From the IMG/VR virus record IMGVR_UViG_3300044858_004015, positions 1-62,651 of that record: a DNA stretch of 62,651 bases; one strand, given 5' to 3'. The notes beneath the pieces were generated by a model. It ran no database searches and was not told where the DNA came from. It was given only the letters and a program-made list of their open reading frames with translations. A program made the position numbers and the translations under genes. This stretch comes from a virus (taxonomy: Duplodnaviria; Caudoviricetes). This document shows, piece after piece, positions 8,528 to 17,522 of the stretch; position 1 is the first letter of the stretch, and each line of letters begins with the position of its first letter.

Positions 8528-9700
8528 ATGGCAGTAATCGACATGACCGCTTTTACTCCCGAGTCAGCACAAACGCCAGTTGTCGCCGTTCAGGCTAATC
8601 CTGAAGTCACGGCCAAGCCAGTCGAAGCGAAGCCGCAAGAGACAAAACCACCAGCGGAGGCGATAACAGTAGTCGGAGTTACGCCAGACGAATTCGCACT
8701 ACTCGATTCACTCTACCAATCGTATCTGCGATTCCTAAAGGCGTCGAAGGAGCAGGCTCAGGCCGCGAAGGATCTCGGCGCGGCTCAAACTGCTTTTGAC
8801 GCCTGCCAGGGCGAAACAAAGGGCGCGAAGGAGGCATTCGAGGTAATATTGAAGTCTCTCCCGGACGAGCTGGTAAAGATCCGAGATCCGCAGGCAACCG
8901 CCATGATCGAAGCGGTTAGAGACCTGGCCGCCACCGAAACCATGCCAGAGTGTGCGAAGGAAGCCATTTCGCGATCGCAAGCCTACGAAGCTTGGACTAA
9001 GGAATCTACTCAAAAAATCGTCGATGCCGGTGTCCCTGGGCTCGGAAAGAAAAAAGCAGAATTGCTGGTCGAGAAATTTCCGACAATCGGCGATCTTGAA
9101 GCTTCGCGAGCTGAAGCCGCAGAATCGCGAGTCCACTGGTCGAAAAAGCTGCCCAAGGGCTTTGGGGTCGACGTTGCCGATGCGATTTACGACGCAATGG
9201 CAAAGCTTCTAAGGCAGATCGAGACCGCCAGCGAAAGCGGAGGTGATCCGGTGGCTTCAATCGTCCAAGACGATGCAAGTGATTCAAGCGAGCCGTCACT
9301 GGCGGTCGATCCCGAGCCAGCGCCGCCAGTGGTGAGTGACATCGACGCAGACGACGAGCTTGAGTACGAAGACTTCGATTCGGAAGATGATGATTTGCCC
9401 TTCGAAGACGAGTCGGAGAGCGAGGCTTCAGAGGTTGATAGCGAGCCCGAGTCCAACGATATTTCGGCGCTCGAGTGGATCGAGTCAATCTACAACGAGA
9501 TCACTGAAAACACTAGCGAACAAAAGAAGCTTTGGGGCCTGAACCAAGCCGGTAAAAACTCGCCAGAGTGGGAGAAGGGCCGTAAGGCACAGGAAGACGG
9601 ATTCGAGATCGCAGATTGCCCGTATGGTAAAGATCGAGAGCAGGCTGCCCGAGATTGGTTACGCGGATGGATTGCCGCCAGCATGAACATGGACCTTTGA
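8528..9700 (+). CDS. Acidic protein with an HhH-like segment and a C-terminal RMF-like motif
   Basis: VPGLGKKKAELL; long D/E tract; C-terminal WEKGRKAQEDG...CPY...RDWLRGW. Confidence 0.6.
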   Translation: MAVIDMTAFTPESAQTPVVAVQANPEVTAKPVEAKPQETKPPAEAITVVGVTPDEFALLDSLYQSYLRFLKASKEQAQAAKDLGAAQTAFDACQGETKGAKEAFEVILKSLPDELVKIRDPQATAMIEAVRDLAATETMPECAKEAISRSQAYEAWTKESTQKIVDAGVPGLGKKKAELLVEKFPTIGDLEASRAEAAESRVHWSKKLPKGFGVDVADAIYDAMAKLLRQIETASESGGDPVASIVQDDASDSSEPSLAVDPEPAPPVVSDIDADDELEYEDFDSEDDDLPFEDESESEASEVDSEPESNDISALEWIESIYNEITENTSEQKKLWGLNQAGKNSPEWEKGRKAQEDGFEIADCPYGKDREQAARDWLRGWIAASMNMDL

Positions 9701-9714
9701 AACGGTAAGACAAA

Positions 9715-9987
9715 ATGGTAACGAACACGCTTTTGACGCCAGCCGAGGTTGGCGAGATCCTGAACCTAACCCCGCAGACTGTTCGTGCAATGTGCGATCG
9801 TGGAGAACTCGATCACGTTCGCATTGGCACTGGTAAGCGAACCACATACAGGATTCAGCGGCAATTCTTAGATAAGCTTTTGCAGCGAGGCAAAACTGAT
9901 TCGCAGGAGAGCGAAGCCAATTCAAGCGAGGACATCGACTACAGGGTAAATGATGACGAGTATATCAATAACTGGTCTAAGGAATAG
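9715..9987 (+). CDS. xis: Excisionase-like MerR-type HTH protein
   Basis: LLTPAEVGEILNLTPQTVRAMCDRGEL...RIG...YRI; near the integrase. Confidence 0.8.
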   Translation: MVTNTLLTPAEVGEILNLTPQTVRAMCDRGELDHVRIGTGKRTTYRIQRQFLDKLLQRGKTDSQESEANSSEDIDYRVNDDEYINNWSKE

Positions 9988-10222
9988 CGACGAATCTGGT
10001 GCGGATGGAGAGCCCCGGTCCGATGACTTCGACGTTCAGGGGGCGGCAATTGCTGACTTTCTAAGGCAATGTGCGGGTATGATGCGAGACGCCAGCGCGA
10101 AGGCAGTATCTCAGGGATACATAACAGACGCAGCATACTGTGCTGGTGCCGCCATTGTCTTGGAAACGTTAGTGCAGAAAGCAGATCGTGAGGGATGGAG
10201 CAGAACACCTCCCGTCCCATGA
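9950..10222 (+). CDS. Hypothetical protein
   Basis: 90-aa ORF in the operon. Confidence 0.5.
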   Translation: MMTSISITGLRNSDESGADGEPRSDDFDVQGAAIADFLRQCAGMMRDASAKAVSQGYITDAAYCAGAAIVLETLVQKADREGWSRTPPVP

Positions 10223-10227
10223 ACGCT

Positions 10228-10297
10228 CGCATTAAAAAGCGGGCGTCGAAAGACTCAACCATTGCGAAAGACTTTCCCGCCCGTCTTTTTCAATGCG
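10228..10297. terminator. Long imperfect hairpin, possibly a bidirectional terminator or structured RNA
   Basis: CGCATT-AAAAAG-CGGGCG pairs with CGCCCG-t-CTTTTT-c-AATGCG; the 32-nt loop contains CGAAAGACT twice. Confidence 0.45.
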
Positions 10298-10323
10298 TTG
10301 TTACCCTGCCCCTTGATTCGCCA

Positions 10324-10351
10324 TTGACAATTCAAGCGAGTCGGCTAGGAT
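10324..10351 (+). promoter_or_regulatory. Sigma70-like promoter
   Basis: TTGACA-16 nt-TAGGAT, then an AAGGA SD and ATG at 10372. Confidence 0.55.
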
Positions 10352-10371
10352 ATAGCTGAAAGGAAAAAGCA

Positions 10372-10596
10372 ATGAACAAATCACAGATCAGAAAATCGCA
10401 CGAAACCGAGCAATGCACCTTTTGCGGCGGTCGCAAGATCACGACTTGGACTCACGGTGTTGGTGTGTACGTGCGAGAGCGGCGACACGGCAAATGCCCA
10501 TCGTGCAAAGGCGAGGGCGTCAAATACAAGTTGCCCAGTGGTTTTTGGGACATCAATTACGTCGTTAAGTGGCACAAAGAACATGCAACAACCTAA
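10372..10596 (+). CDS. Small DnaJ-like zinc-finger protein
   Basis: CTFCGG...CPSCKGEG. Confidence 0.65.
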   Translation: MNKSQIRKSHETEQCTFCGGRKITTWTHGVGVYVRERRHGKCPSCKGEGVKYKLPSGFWDINYVVKWHKEHATT

Positions 10597-10789
10597 ACAT
10601 GGTGGCAAGCGAAAGGGGGCAGGGCGAAAGCCCGCCCGTGGTGAAACCAAGGTTACAACGTCGATCGAGGTGACGCCGACATTGAAAGACTATCTGGCCC
10701 AGTGCGATCAGTCGCAAAGTGAGGTGATCGAATCCGCGATCCGACGGACCAAAGCATTTAGAGATTGGTTGGCGGCTAGGTTAGGGTAA
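10583..10789 (+). CDS. Small DNA-binding protein (GGxRxGAGRK hook plus RHH-like region)
   Basis: MQQPKHGGKRKGAGRKP...TTSIEVTPTLKDYL...SQSEVIESAI. Confidence 0.7.
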   Translation: MQQPKHGGKRKGAGRKPARGETKVTTSIEVTPTLKDYLAQCDQSQSEVIESAIRRTKAFRDWLAARLG

Positions 10790-10809
10790 CAACGTTACAG
10801 CCTGCGCCG
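10788..10809 (+). repeat. 22-bp element, identical in inverted orientation to 57386-57407
   Basis: AACAACGTTACAGCCTGCGCCG. Confidence 0.85.
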
Positions 10810-10825
10810 CGTAGGTTATTCAATA

Positions 10826-11842
10826 TTAAACCTGCGCATTCGCGACAAACGCCTTCGCCGCCGCATCTACCATGTGAGCTTTATGCCTGTCTAAATGCCC
10901 GTAGACCTGGCCTACCATCCTAACGTCGCTATGCCCAAGCAATTCTGCGACTTCAGCCAGCGAAACACCATTAAGCAAGCTCTGGGTCGCAAAAGTATGC
11001 CTATAGGCGTAGGCGACCACACTTGTCGGAAGCTTTGCCCGCTCGCGCGCTCGAGCGATCGACCTCGAAACCGAATCTTTAGTCCACGCACCGCCATGGG
11101 TGTTTCGGAATAGCGGCCCGTCAGAGTGAATTTTAACCAAAAGCCGCGTCAAAGTCTGCAAGCATGGAGGAAGATAGACCACCAGGGGGCGATTCGTCTT
11201 GTGCCGCGTCTTGTGATCCTCGAAAATCCATAGCTTCCCATCGACTGACACATTCCTGGCGGCTACTTCCCTAATCTGCCTTGGCCTAGCTCCGCAGCGA
11301 GACGCGATCAGATAAAGCCTTAGAGCTGGGCTAGCTTCGCTAATCATGGCAGCATGCTGCTGAGGCGTAATCGTCGTGTTTCTGGGCCGGGCAGCCGGAG
11401 CCTTCAGCCGGATAACTGGATTCTTTTCGATGATCCCCTCGTCACGAGCCCACCGAAACAGCCCCTTGACCACTCGAATAGCATCCTTCTGAGTCGTAGC
11501 TGACCAAACGTCGACCTTTGGCTTCTTTTCATTCACCCAGGCCATTACGTCATTCACCTGGAGGTTATCGACCTGCTTATTCCCGAGCGCAGTAGAAAAC
11601 TGACGCAAGTAAGACCAGTTGATCAAGAATCGCTTTTCGCCCTTACGGAATTCATGGGCCTCCAGGTACAGCCTCACAAGAGTCTTGATACGGACTTTAG
11701 GCCCTTCAGTGAACCTACCTGCCAACATTTGCCGCCAGAGTTCAAACGCCGTTTCTTCATCCGGATCAAGACGAATGAAACGGCCAGCCTTGTCTTTGAG
11801 ATACCAGCACTGATGCGACGAGCGAAAGAACGGCTTACGCAC
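10826..11842 (-). CDS. int: Tyrosine recombinase (phage integrase)
   Basis: Catalytic R (CGARP), K (HKT), YAYRHTFAT, LLGHSD, VYGH; adjacent to attP. Confidence 0.93.
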   Translation of the reverse strand: MRKPFFRSSHQCWYLKDKAGRFIRLDPDEETAFELWRQMLAGRFTEGPKVRIKTLVRLYLEAHEFRKGEKRFLINWSYLRQFSTALGNKQVDNLQVNDVMAWVNEKKPKVDVWSATTQKDAIRVVKGLFRWARDEGIIEKNPVIRLKAPAARPRNTTITPQQHAAMISEASPALRLYLIASRCGARPRQIREVAARNVSVDGKLWIFEDHKTRHKTNRPLVVYLPPCLQTLTRLLVKIHSDGPLFRNTHGGAWTKDSVSRSIARARERAKLPTSVVAYAYRHTFATQSLLNGVSLAEVAELLGHSDVRMVGQVYGHLDRHKAHMVDAAAKAFVANAQV

Positions 11843-11934
11843 AAACCGGCCTCCTAAATTGGATAACAGCGATCGAACTATACGATTTTTACTGAGTCCA
11901 GTTCAGGTTGCCAACAACGTCAAATGCTGTCGGT

Positions 11935-12182
11935 TTGGTGCCAAACCCGGTGCCAAGCGGAATTAGCACCAGGTTTGGCATTTTGACAAACCCCATAATT
12001 CCTTAGGAATTACAGGGTTTTCGCAAGTCGGGCCGGCGGGATTCGAACCCACGACCTCTACCACCCCAAGGTAAAAAATGAAGCAAAATACCTGGATTTT
12101 ATTGAGAATTTCGCTGCCAAAAAGCAAGAATTAGCAACAAAAAACGGCTAGAGGCGTCTAGTTGGTGCCAATTTGGTGCCAA
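11935..12182. promoter_or_regulatory. Integrase arm-type binding repeats flanking attP
   Basis: (TT)GGTGCCAA at 11935, 11949, 12162 and 12173, with variants near 11906, 11963 and 12113. Confidence 0.7.
12027..12073 (-). other. attP core: 3' half of tRNA-Pro(GGG)
   Basis: Minus strand TACC-TTGGGGT-GGTAG-AGGTC-GTGGG-TTCGAAT-CCCGC-CGGCCCGAC gives the anticodon arm through the acceptor 3' strand; no 5' half is present. Confidence 0.88.
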
Positions 12183-12622
12183 CGTTGCCTCGCCTCTTCC
12201 AGTGTCATTGGCGCGTCGCCGGTCTTTCTGTCGACCATACAATGAAACTTCCATGTCCATTCGAAGAATTTAGCAGAATCGTCGCACGGTGGTGGGTTAT
12301 TATGGACATATTCAATCGCGAATCGTCGGCATCCACAGTCAATAGACGGGACTGTTTTAAGCCATTTGGCAATTTTTAATTTGGATGGCTGAGTCATGCT
12401 ATGAAGAACCTCCCAGCACTTTCGACCTTCCATCTTCAATTGTTCGCGATGCTTTTCAATATCTACTTGGGATGCTGAATTATTCTCAACCCCTAAAGTG
12501 CCTGTTGATTCTTTATTGTTGCTGAATAAGGGCGAAGGCATTGCTTCAATGGACTTCGAAAGCATCTCCATCGTCACGCCTGGAGGTAAAATAATCGGCT
12601 GAGGCAAATCATCAATTCTCAT
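12158..12622 (-). CDS. Erv1/ALR-like FAD-dependent sulfhydryl oxidase
   Basis: GRKCWEVLH (GxxxWxxLH), PSIDCGCRRF, FFEWTWKFHCMVDRKTG (cf. WxWxxHNxVNxRLG), MTLEEARQRW. Confidence 0.72.
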   Translation of the reverse strand: MRIDDLPQPIILPPGVTMEMLSKSIEAMPSPLFSNNKESTGTLGVENNSASQVDIEKHREQLKMEGRKCWEVLHSMTQPSKLKIAKWLKTVPSIDCGCRRFAIEYVHNNPPPCDDSAKFFEWTWKFHCMVDRKTGDAPMTLEEARQRWHQIGTN

Positions 12623-12629
12623 TTTGACC

Positions 12630-14261
12630 TCAACTTACATGATAGCTGGTGTTGGCGTCAATTCCTGGAAATGATGTTCCTGGAAATAATGCTGGGCACG
12701 GCTCGATTGGAGAAACCGTAAAAGAATTGTACACCAAAGGCTGAGTATGCACCCTGTGTGGAAAGACATGAGCCCACCTGGCGCTGTACGAGCCAATACA
12801 CCCGTATGGAGCAAAATATAAAACAATGTAATTGAAAAGAAATGGAAAAATCGGGGACGAAAGCGCAGGATATTCATCAACTGTCGTGGAGTCGGGGCTT
12901 GTAGCATAATCATTGTAAACCGTTCTTTTTCGAATCCAAAAGAATAGCCCATTGTTTCGAAAATGCACGTCACCCTCTTCCTTAATTGATTTGTAAAGAT
13001 GGTTGCTGGAACTCGCGACAGTAGTCGTATCGTTAAATATCTCGTAAGTGCCAACCTTGGGTGGTATTATCGGCCAATCATATCCGCAATTGTAGTTGAA
13101 TGGAATCACTACTGATCCGCTGATGTTACATGATACCGTTGTAGTGTTTATGTAGCTAAGATACTGAGGTTGTCCATTCCAGTACAATCTACATTCTCCA
13201 GATCCAGAAAAAGATGGCGGCATTTCTATAGTTAAAAAGCTCCTTCCATATTCGCATGGGATTGGAAAGGACTTGACGACCTTCACGCCGCAGCTATTCG
13301 TTACTTCGGCAGTCCATGACCTTCTACCGGTCGGAACGGTTATAGATGGAAAGTCATCGATTGCCTGTTTGCGACAATCGCGACCATAGAGAAGATCTGA
13401 GGAAGGGTTTATTATGACAGGAAAGCCGTAGCACGAACTTCCGGCCGTCAGCCCATAACCTGATCCTGGAAGCGAAATTGTCTGTCCGTCTATCTTAAAA
13501 CTGGTGATGGGGCAATTTATTGAATTAGAAACGGCTCTTGCCACAAGATACAATTTATTGCCATCTAATTCGCAGCCAAGGTAATCCCCTGGTGACCATT
13601 CTTCCGTGTATCCAATCAGCCCTCCTTCTAAGAATATGGGACAATTTGCATTAGTGATTCTGACTGTCATCGAATTGGCGACTATTCTTACTTCAGCCTT
13701 TTCCTCTACGCCTTCCTGTTCGATTTCTACTATGTCGCCAACGTTGTAGCCGTACCCCAGCTCGACAGGTACAAGGCCGCCAAGGTTCATCTGTGTACGC
13801 AGTTTTACAGATTTGACTTCTCCATCTTCTATCGTAATATCTAACCCGAGTCCCCCACCATCGCCGGTTTTCGTAGTGACGGTTATTGGTGGGTTTGGAA
13901 ATAAGTCGCTTGAATAGCCAGAACCTCCAGAGATTAGTTCCACTTCCGTAACGAATCCACTGCCTACATATTCGCACTCGCGATCTCTTGGCGGTTCATT
14001 GCAGCAGTATTGATACTGATATAGCCCGCTAGAACCAAGAGGCGGCGAGTATATGCCAGGCGTCTCTTCCGAGATAATGGAAAGTATTTCACCTAGTTCG
14101 TTGATCTGGACCAAGCGTCCTTTATGCGGCATGTCATAAAGGGAATGCTGGGTTTCGCATCCCCACTGTATCGAGCATCCGTTAGTGTCAGCAGAAATCC
14201 AACACTGGCAGTTATGCTTGTGGCAATTATTGTTGCAACAACGCGAGTTAAAGTGAGCCAC
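12630..14261 (-). CDS. Cysteine-rich tail fibre/receptor-binding-like protein
   Basis: About 22 Cys, N-terminus RCCNNNCHKHNCQCW; GGSGY/GYGY..GD fibre-type repeats; at the end of the tail module. Confidence 0.55.
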   Translation of the reverse strand: MAHFNSRCCNNNCHKHNCQCWISADTNGCSIQWGCETQHSLYDMPHKGRLVQINELGEILSIISEETPGIYSPPLGSSGLYQYQYCCNEPPRDRECEYVGSGFVTEVELISGGSGYSSDLFPNPPITVTTKTGDGGGLGLDITIEDGEVKSVKLRTQMNLGGLVPVELGYGYNVGDIVEIEQEGVEEKAEVRIVANSMTVRITNANCPIFLEGGLIGYTEEWSPGDYLGCELDGNKLYLVARAVSNSINCPITSFKIDGQTISLPGSGYGLTAGSSCYGFPVIINPSSDLLYGRDCRKQAIDDFPSITVPTGRRSWTAEVTNSCGVKVVKSFPIPCEYGRSFLTIEMPPSFSGSGECRLYWNGQPQYLSYINTTTVSCNISGSVVIPFNYNCGYDWPIIPPKVGTYEIFNDTTTVASSSNHLYKSIKEEGDVHFRNNGLFFWIRKRTVYNDYATSPDSTTVDEYPALSSPIFPFLFNYIVLYFAPYGCIGSYSARWAHVFPHRVHTQPLVYNSFTVSPIEPCPALFPGTSFPGIDANTSYHVS

Positions 14262-15754
14262 TAGTCTACGACCTGTATTTGATATTGAAGGGTGATATCG
14301 CAGCCAGCATGGATGCCGCCAATGACTGTTGTGCTGATGGTTATTGTGTAAATTCCGTTAGATACGCCCTGTAAAGGTATGCCAGTAAACCATAAGTTGC
14401 TATCGTTCCAAACATTGCTTGCGCCGCGGTAAATACCCTCTGGCAATCCTGAAATAGTTGCGTTTTCCCAGTCGCAGTTCGTAAGCATGAAACGCGCTTG
14501 ATTCCCGAATGACCCTGATTTAGTGAACACGCGAGGTTCTGTAGTGAAAATTGGCAAGATCGAAGCTCCAAGAGCCCCATAATCGGTCGGAGATGGACAT
14601 TCAGACGGAATGCAGACACTAACTAGCCTTATTGGTATTGTACGAATGAATCGGCACCCATTTGGAATGGTCTCGCCCTCTAATATTGCGTTCCAGATCC
14701 ATGTCCCTAAACTTTGTTCAGTACCTCCAGCGATTGATTCAGGTGCAAATTCACAGTTGCTTACGTTTGGCGATCCAGATATCTTCACCTGGCTTCCTTG
14801 CGGATTTTCGGAAATCAACTCCGTAGAAAGCCACGACGGAAGACCCGTAATCTCGATATTTTCCACCTTCGACGCATTGACAATTGTTTCACCATAAACA
14901 CCAACACAACATGACTGAGAATCTCTAAAGATTCTCCAGGTTGGCTCTGCGCTAATACTCGCATCGGCATCGAGGGAGTCGCATGGCAAAACCCTAAGAA
15001 TGAATTCGACTTCGATAGGGCATTCATGTTCAGTGGTTTTACCCTTTACCGTGATAGTGTATGTAGAAGTAGCAGGCAATTCTTCGCTTTCTAGCGTGAT
15101 CGTGCCGTCCTCTTCGTCTACAGTTGCCGTGATCTCGTTAGGCAGGCCAAGGATCTGAATTTCCTCCACATCTGTAAAATTGATTACGTGTTCCCACTCT
15201 TCGAATTCATTTGCGATCGGCAGCATGCCAATGCTAATAATGCTGTCAACTGGATCGCACGGATCAATGCGAAGATTTGTGGGTACGTTGATCTCACATT
15301 CATTTTCTGTCGTGATGCCACTAATGATTATCGGGTAATTGCCTGCCTGTGTAGGAATTCCAGAAATCAAGTTAGTCGACGCGTCAAATGACAGGCCACC
15401 GGGCAAGCCTACTATCCTGACATCTTCGACATCAGTTACATTGAGCTGAAGTTCATATTCTTGATTAACGTAACCAATAGAAACCTGGCCAAATCCTAAT
15501 ATGCTACCTTCCTGGTCGCAAAATTCATCAACGCATCTTCCCTGTAAAAAGTAGTGGCCGCCCCCGTAACGAAACCACATTCCGAAATAACCTGCTGGGG
15601 TTCCGCCAGGTCTGCCGAAAAGAAGCCTTCCTGTAATCGTGCTTGGACTGTTTGGATACCAAATGGTTCCATCTTTATTGCAAAGCTTTGCGCTCCCTCT
15701 AAAACCACCAGTTAATGGGTTCGAATTTGAAATCAACTTCATGAATCGAATCAT
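14261..15754 (-). CDS. Virion protein with tandem Ig-like (He_PIG-type) domains and paired cysteines
   Basis: Repeated GLP.GLS...ISG.P motif; each repeat carries a C..I...LR..PC pattern; start probably MIRFMKL. Confidence 0.7.
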   Translation of the reverse strand: MIRFMKLISNSNPLTGGFRGSAKLCNKDGTIWYPNSPSTITGRLLFGRPGGTPAGYFGMWFRYGGGHYFLQGRCVDEFCDQEGSILGFGQVSIGYVNQEYELQLNVTDVEDVRIVGLPGGLSFDASTNLISGIPTQAGNYPIIISGITTENECEINVPTNLRIDPCDPVDSIISIGMLPIANEFEEWEHVINFTDVEEIQILGLPNEITATVDEEDGTITLESEELPATSTYTITVKGKTTEHECPIEVEFILRVLPCDSLDADASISAEPTWRIFRDSQSCCVGVYGETIVNASKVENIEITGLPSWLSTELISENPQGSQVKISGSPNVSNCEFAPESIAGGTEQSLGTWIWNAILEGETIPNGCRFIRTIPIRLVSVCIPSECPSPTDYGALGASILPIFTTEPRVFTKSGSFGNQARFMLTNCDWENATISGLPEGIYRGASNVWNDSNLWFTGIPLQGVSNGIYTITISTTVIGGIHAGCDITLQYQIQVVD

Positions 15755-15755
15755 T

Positions 15756-17522
15756 TTACGGTTCCGGTGGTCCGGGCGGATTGATACATGCACCTTGCAC
15801 GAAGGCCCATACTTTTCTAAGTTTCTTTTCTAATGGATCAAAGTCTGGTAACTCTTCATCCGGCTGGTAGTCTGGATTATCAATCATGTCGTCAACATAC
15901 GCGAACAGGCCAACGTATCCCTCTTCCGCGTTATCCAGAAGCCCCTCCCAGTTATAAACCGTTTCTGGCGCTGAAGGGATTTGACGATCATCGTCGAAAT
16001 CTGGATTTTCAATTTCCGGTCCTTCTGGATCTTCTGGATCTGGAATTGTTTCCCTTGGGTCGTAATCCGGATTATCGACCATCAAAACGATTCCGCCCAT
16101 AGTGCATTTCTGAGCCTGCAATTCTTCCTGCTCTTCTACATCTTCAATTAACTTAAAAAAAGCTAGCGCTCCCCCATCAGCGCCGCATTCGGAGTGTTGG
16201 CCATTTGAAAGAATAGCAGTAGGCAAGAAAATCGAAGGCAATTCATGATATTTAGTCAGAAACATATACTGCCCAGCATCATGCTCCTTTATTTGAATCG
16301 AAAAATAATCATCGAATCCGCAAATCGTGTTAGACGGATTGGGCATCTCGGGTTCTTCAGGCGGCTCCTCTGGAGGTGGGTCTAACGGTGGAACTCGAAT
16401 CACACCGGCCATGCTGTAGGCACCGCCAGAAAGCAGCCAGCTTTTGATATTGGCAGCTACTGCTTCTGCGAAGTCGTCGTACTCGGATTCAGTTGTACTT
16501 TCGAAACTAGACCAAACGTTCAATGGCTGAGAAAATACGCCGCGACCACTATCAATAGGCACTGTTTTGTCGATTGATATTCCATTCTCTTTCATCCATA
16601 ATGTCATGTCTTTAGGGTGGCTGGACGACCTGCCTTTATCTCCAGCGACAATTAACGGAGATGGGATGTCTTGTCCCTCTGGCAGTCCCCATGTTCGCAT
16701 TCTTGCGTTTCGAATACCAGTCGAGCTGTCAGCCCCCTGCGCATGGTAATAATGACGAACTGGATCATAGACGATTCTTAGTCCAGCAGACAGCGCGCCG
16801 ACGTCCAAAAGAGTGCATGCGAATTGGCTAATGCTAGGGCGAGATATCCTTGCGTCGGCGCTTCGGTACGATGGTGGGATGTCATCGTGCCAAAATCTAT
16901 CTGGTATAGCTAGTTCGCTTATTAGTTCCCGAAAGCATGCTTCCCAAGACATTAGACTTGTAGAATCACCCTGAACGGCGGAAGACTGCTTAACCGCGCT
17001 GAACCAGTATCTCTCATCTACCAGTGGAAGTAGCCACAAATCGACTCCACTTCCAGCGATACGATATGGGGATAGCGGATACATGTTTTCTATTTCAACG
17101 ACATGATTTTTCTCTGATTGGAATTTTAATGATAGCGGAATTAGATCTCTGTAAGTCGCCATCCATCTAGCTGGAGGGTTCATTGGCTTAATCGTTGCTG
17201 GATCTTTCTCCCTGCCCCAACATCTAAGAGCTATTTCTTGCAATACAGGCCAGTCGACAACGTACAGGGCTCGACCATAGCGGCTTATTCCGGTAGGGCA
17301 CTGGTATTCGTTTATTTGCAAGTCTGGCAGTGCAGTATAGGGCAATGCTAGGTAATTCGACGAATTGTCGCAGGTTAGTGGATTGACCGGCTTATTTTTC
17401 ATTGATCTTGAGAATAGCAGGTCTTCTGAGGGCAATCGAAGATCAAGAAAATTTTTGACCTGATTTTGCCAATCCAAAATGACTGGCATGCCTTGAATCA
17501 ATATGCTTCCAGTGGCTGTCAT
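15756..17522 (-). CDS. Putative tail structural protein
   Basis: Large ORF in the tail operon; acidic C-terminus with three NPD[YF] repeats. Confidence 0.55.
   Translation of the reverse strand: MTATGSILIQGMPVILDWQNQVKNFLDLRLPSEDLLFSRSMKNKPVNPLTCDNSSNYLALPYTALPDLQINEYQCPTGISRYGRALYVVDWPVLQEIALRCWGREKDPATIKPMNPPARWMATYRDLIPLSLKFQSEKNHVVEIENMYPLSPYRIAGSGVDLWLLPLVDERYWFSAVKQSSAVQGDSTSLMSWEACFRELISELAIPDRFWHDDIPPSYRSADARISRPSISQFACTLLDVGALSAGLRIVYDPVRHYYHAQGADSSTGIRNARMRTWGLPEGQDIPSPLIVAGDKGRSSSHPKDMTLWMKENGISIDKTVPIDSGRGVFSQPLNVWSSFESTTESEYDDFAEAVAANIKSWLLSGGAYSMAGVIRVPPLDPPPEEPPEEPEMPNPSNTICGFDDYFSIQIKEHDAGQYMFLTKYHELPSIFLPTAILSNGQHSECGADGGALAFFKLIEDVEEQEELQAQKCTMGGIVLMVDNPDYDPRETIPDPEDPEGPEIENPDFDDDRQIPSAPETVYNWEGLLDNAEEGYVGLFAYVDDMIDNPDYQPDEELPDFDPLEKKLRKVWAFVQGACINPPGPPEP

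Noticed and set aside
12027-12073. Functional tRNA-Pro gene
   Set aside because: The 5' acceptor strand and D-arm are missing; it sits beside the integrase, so it is the attP core
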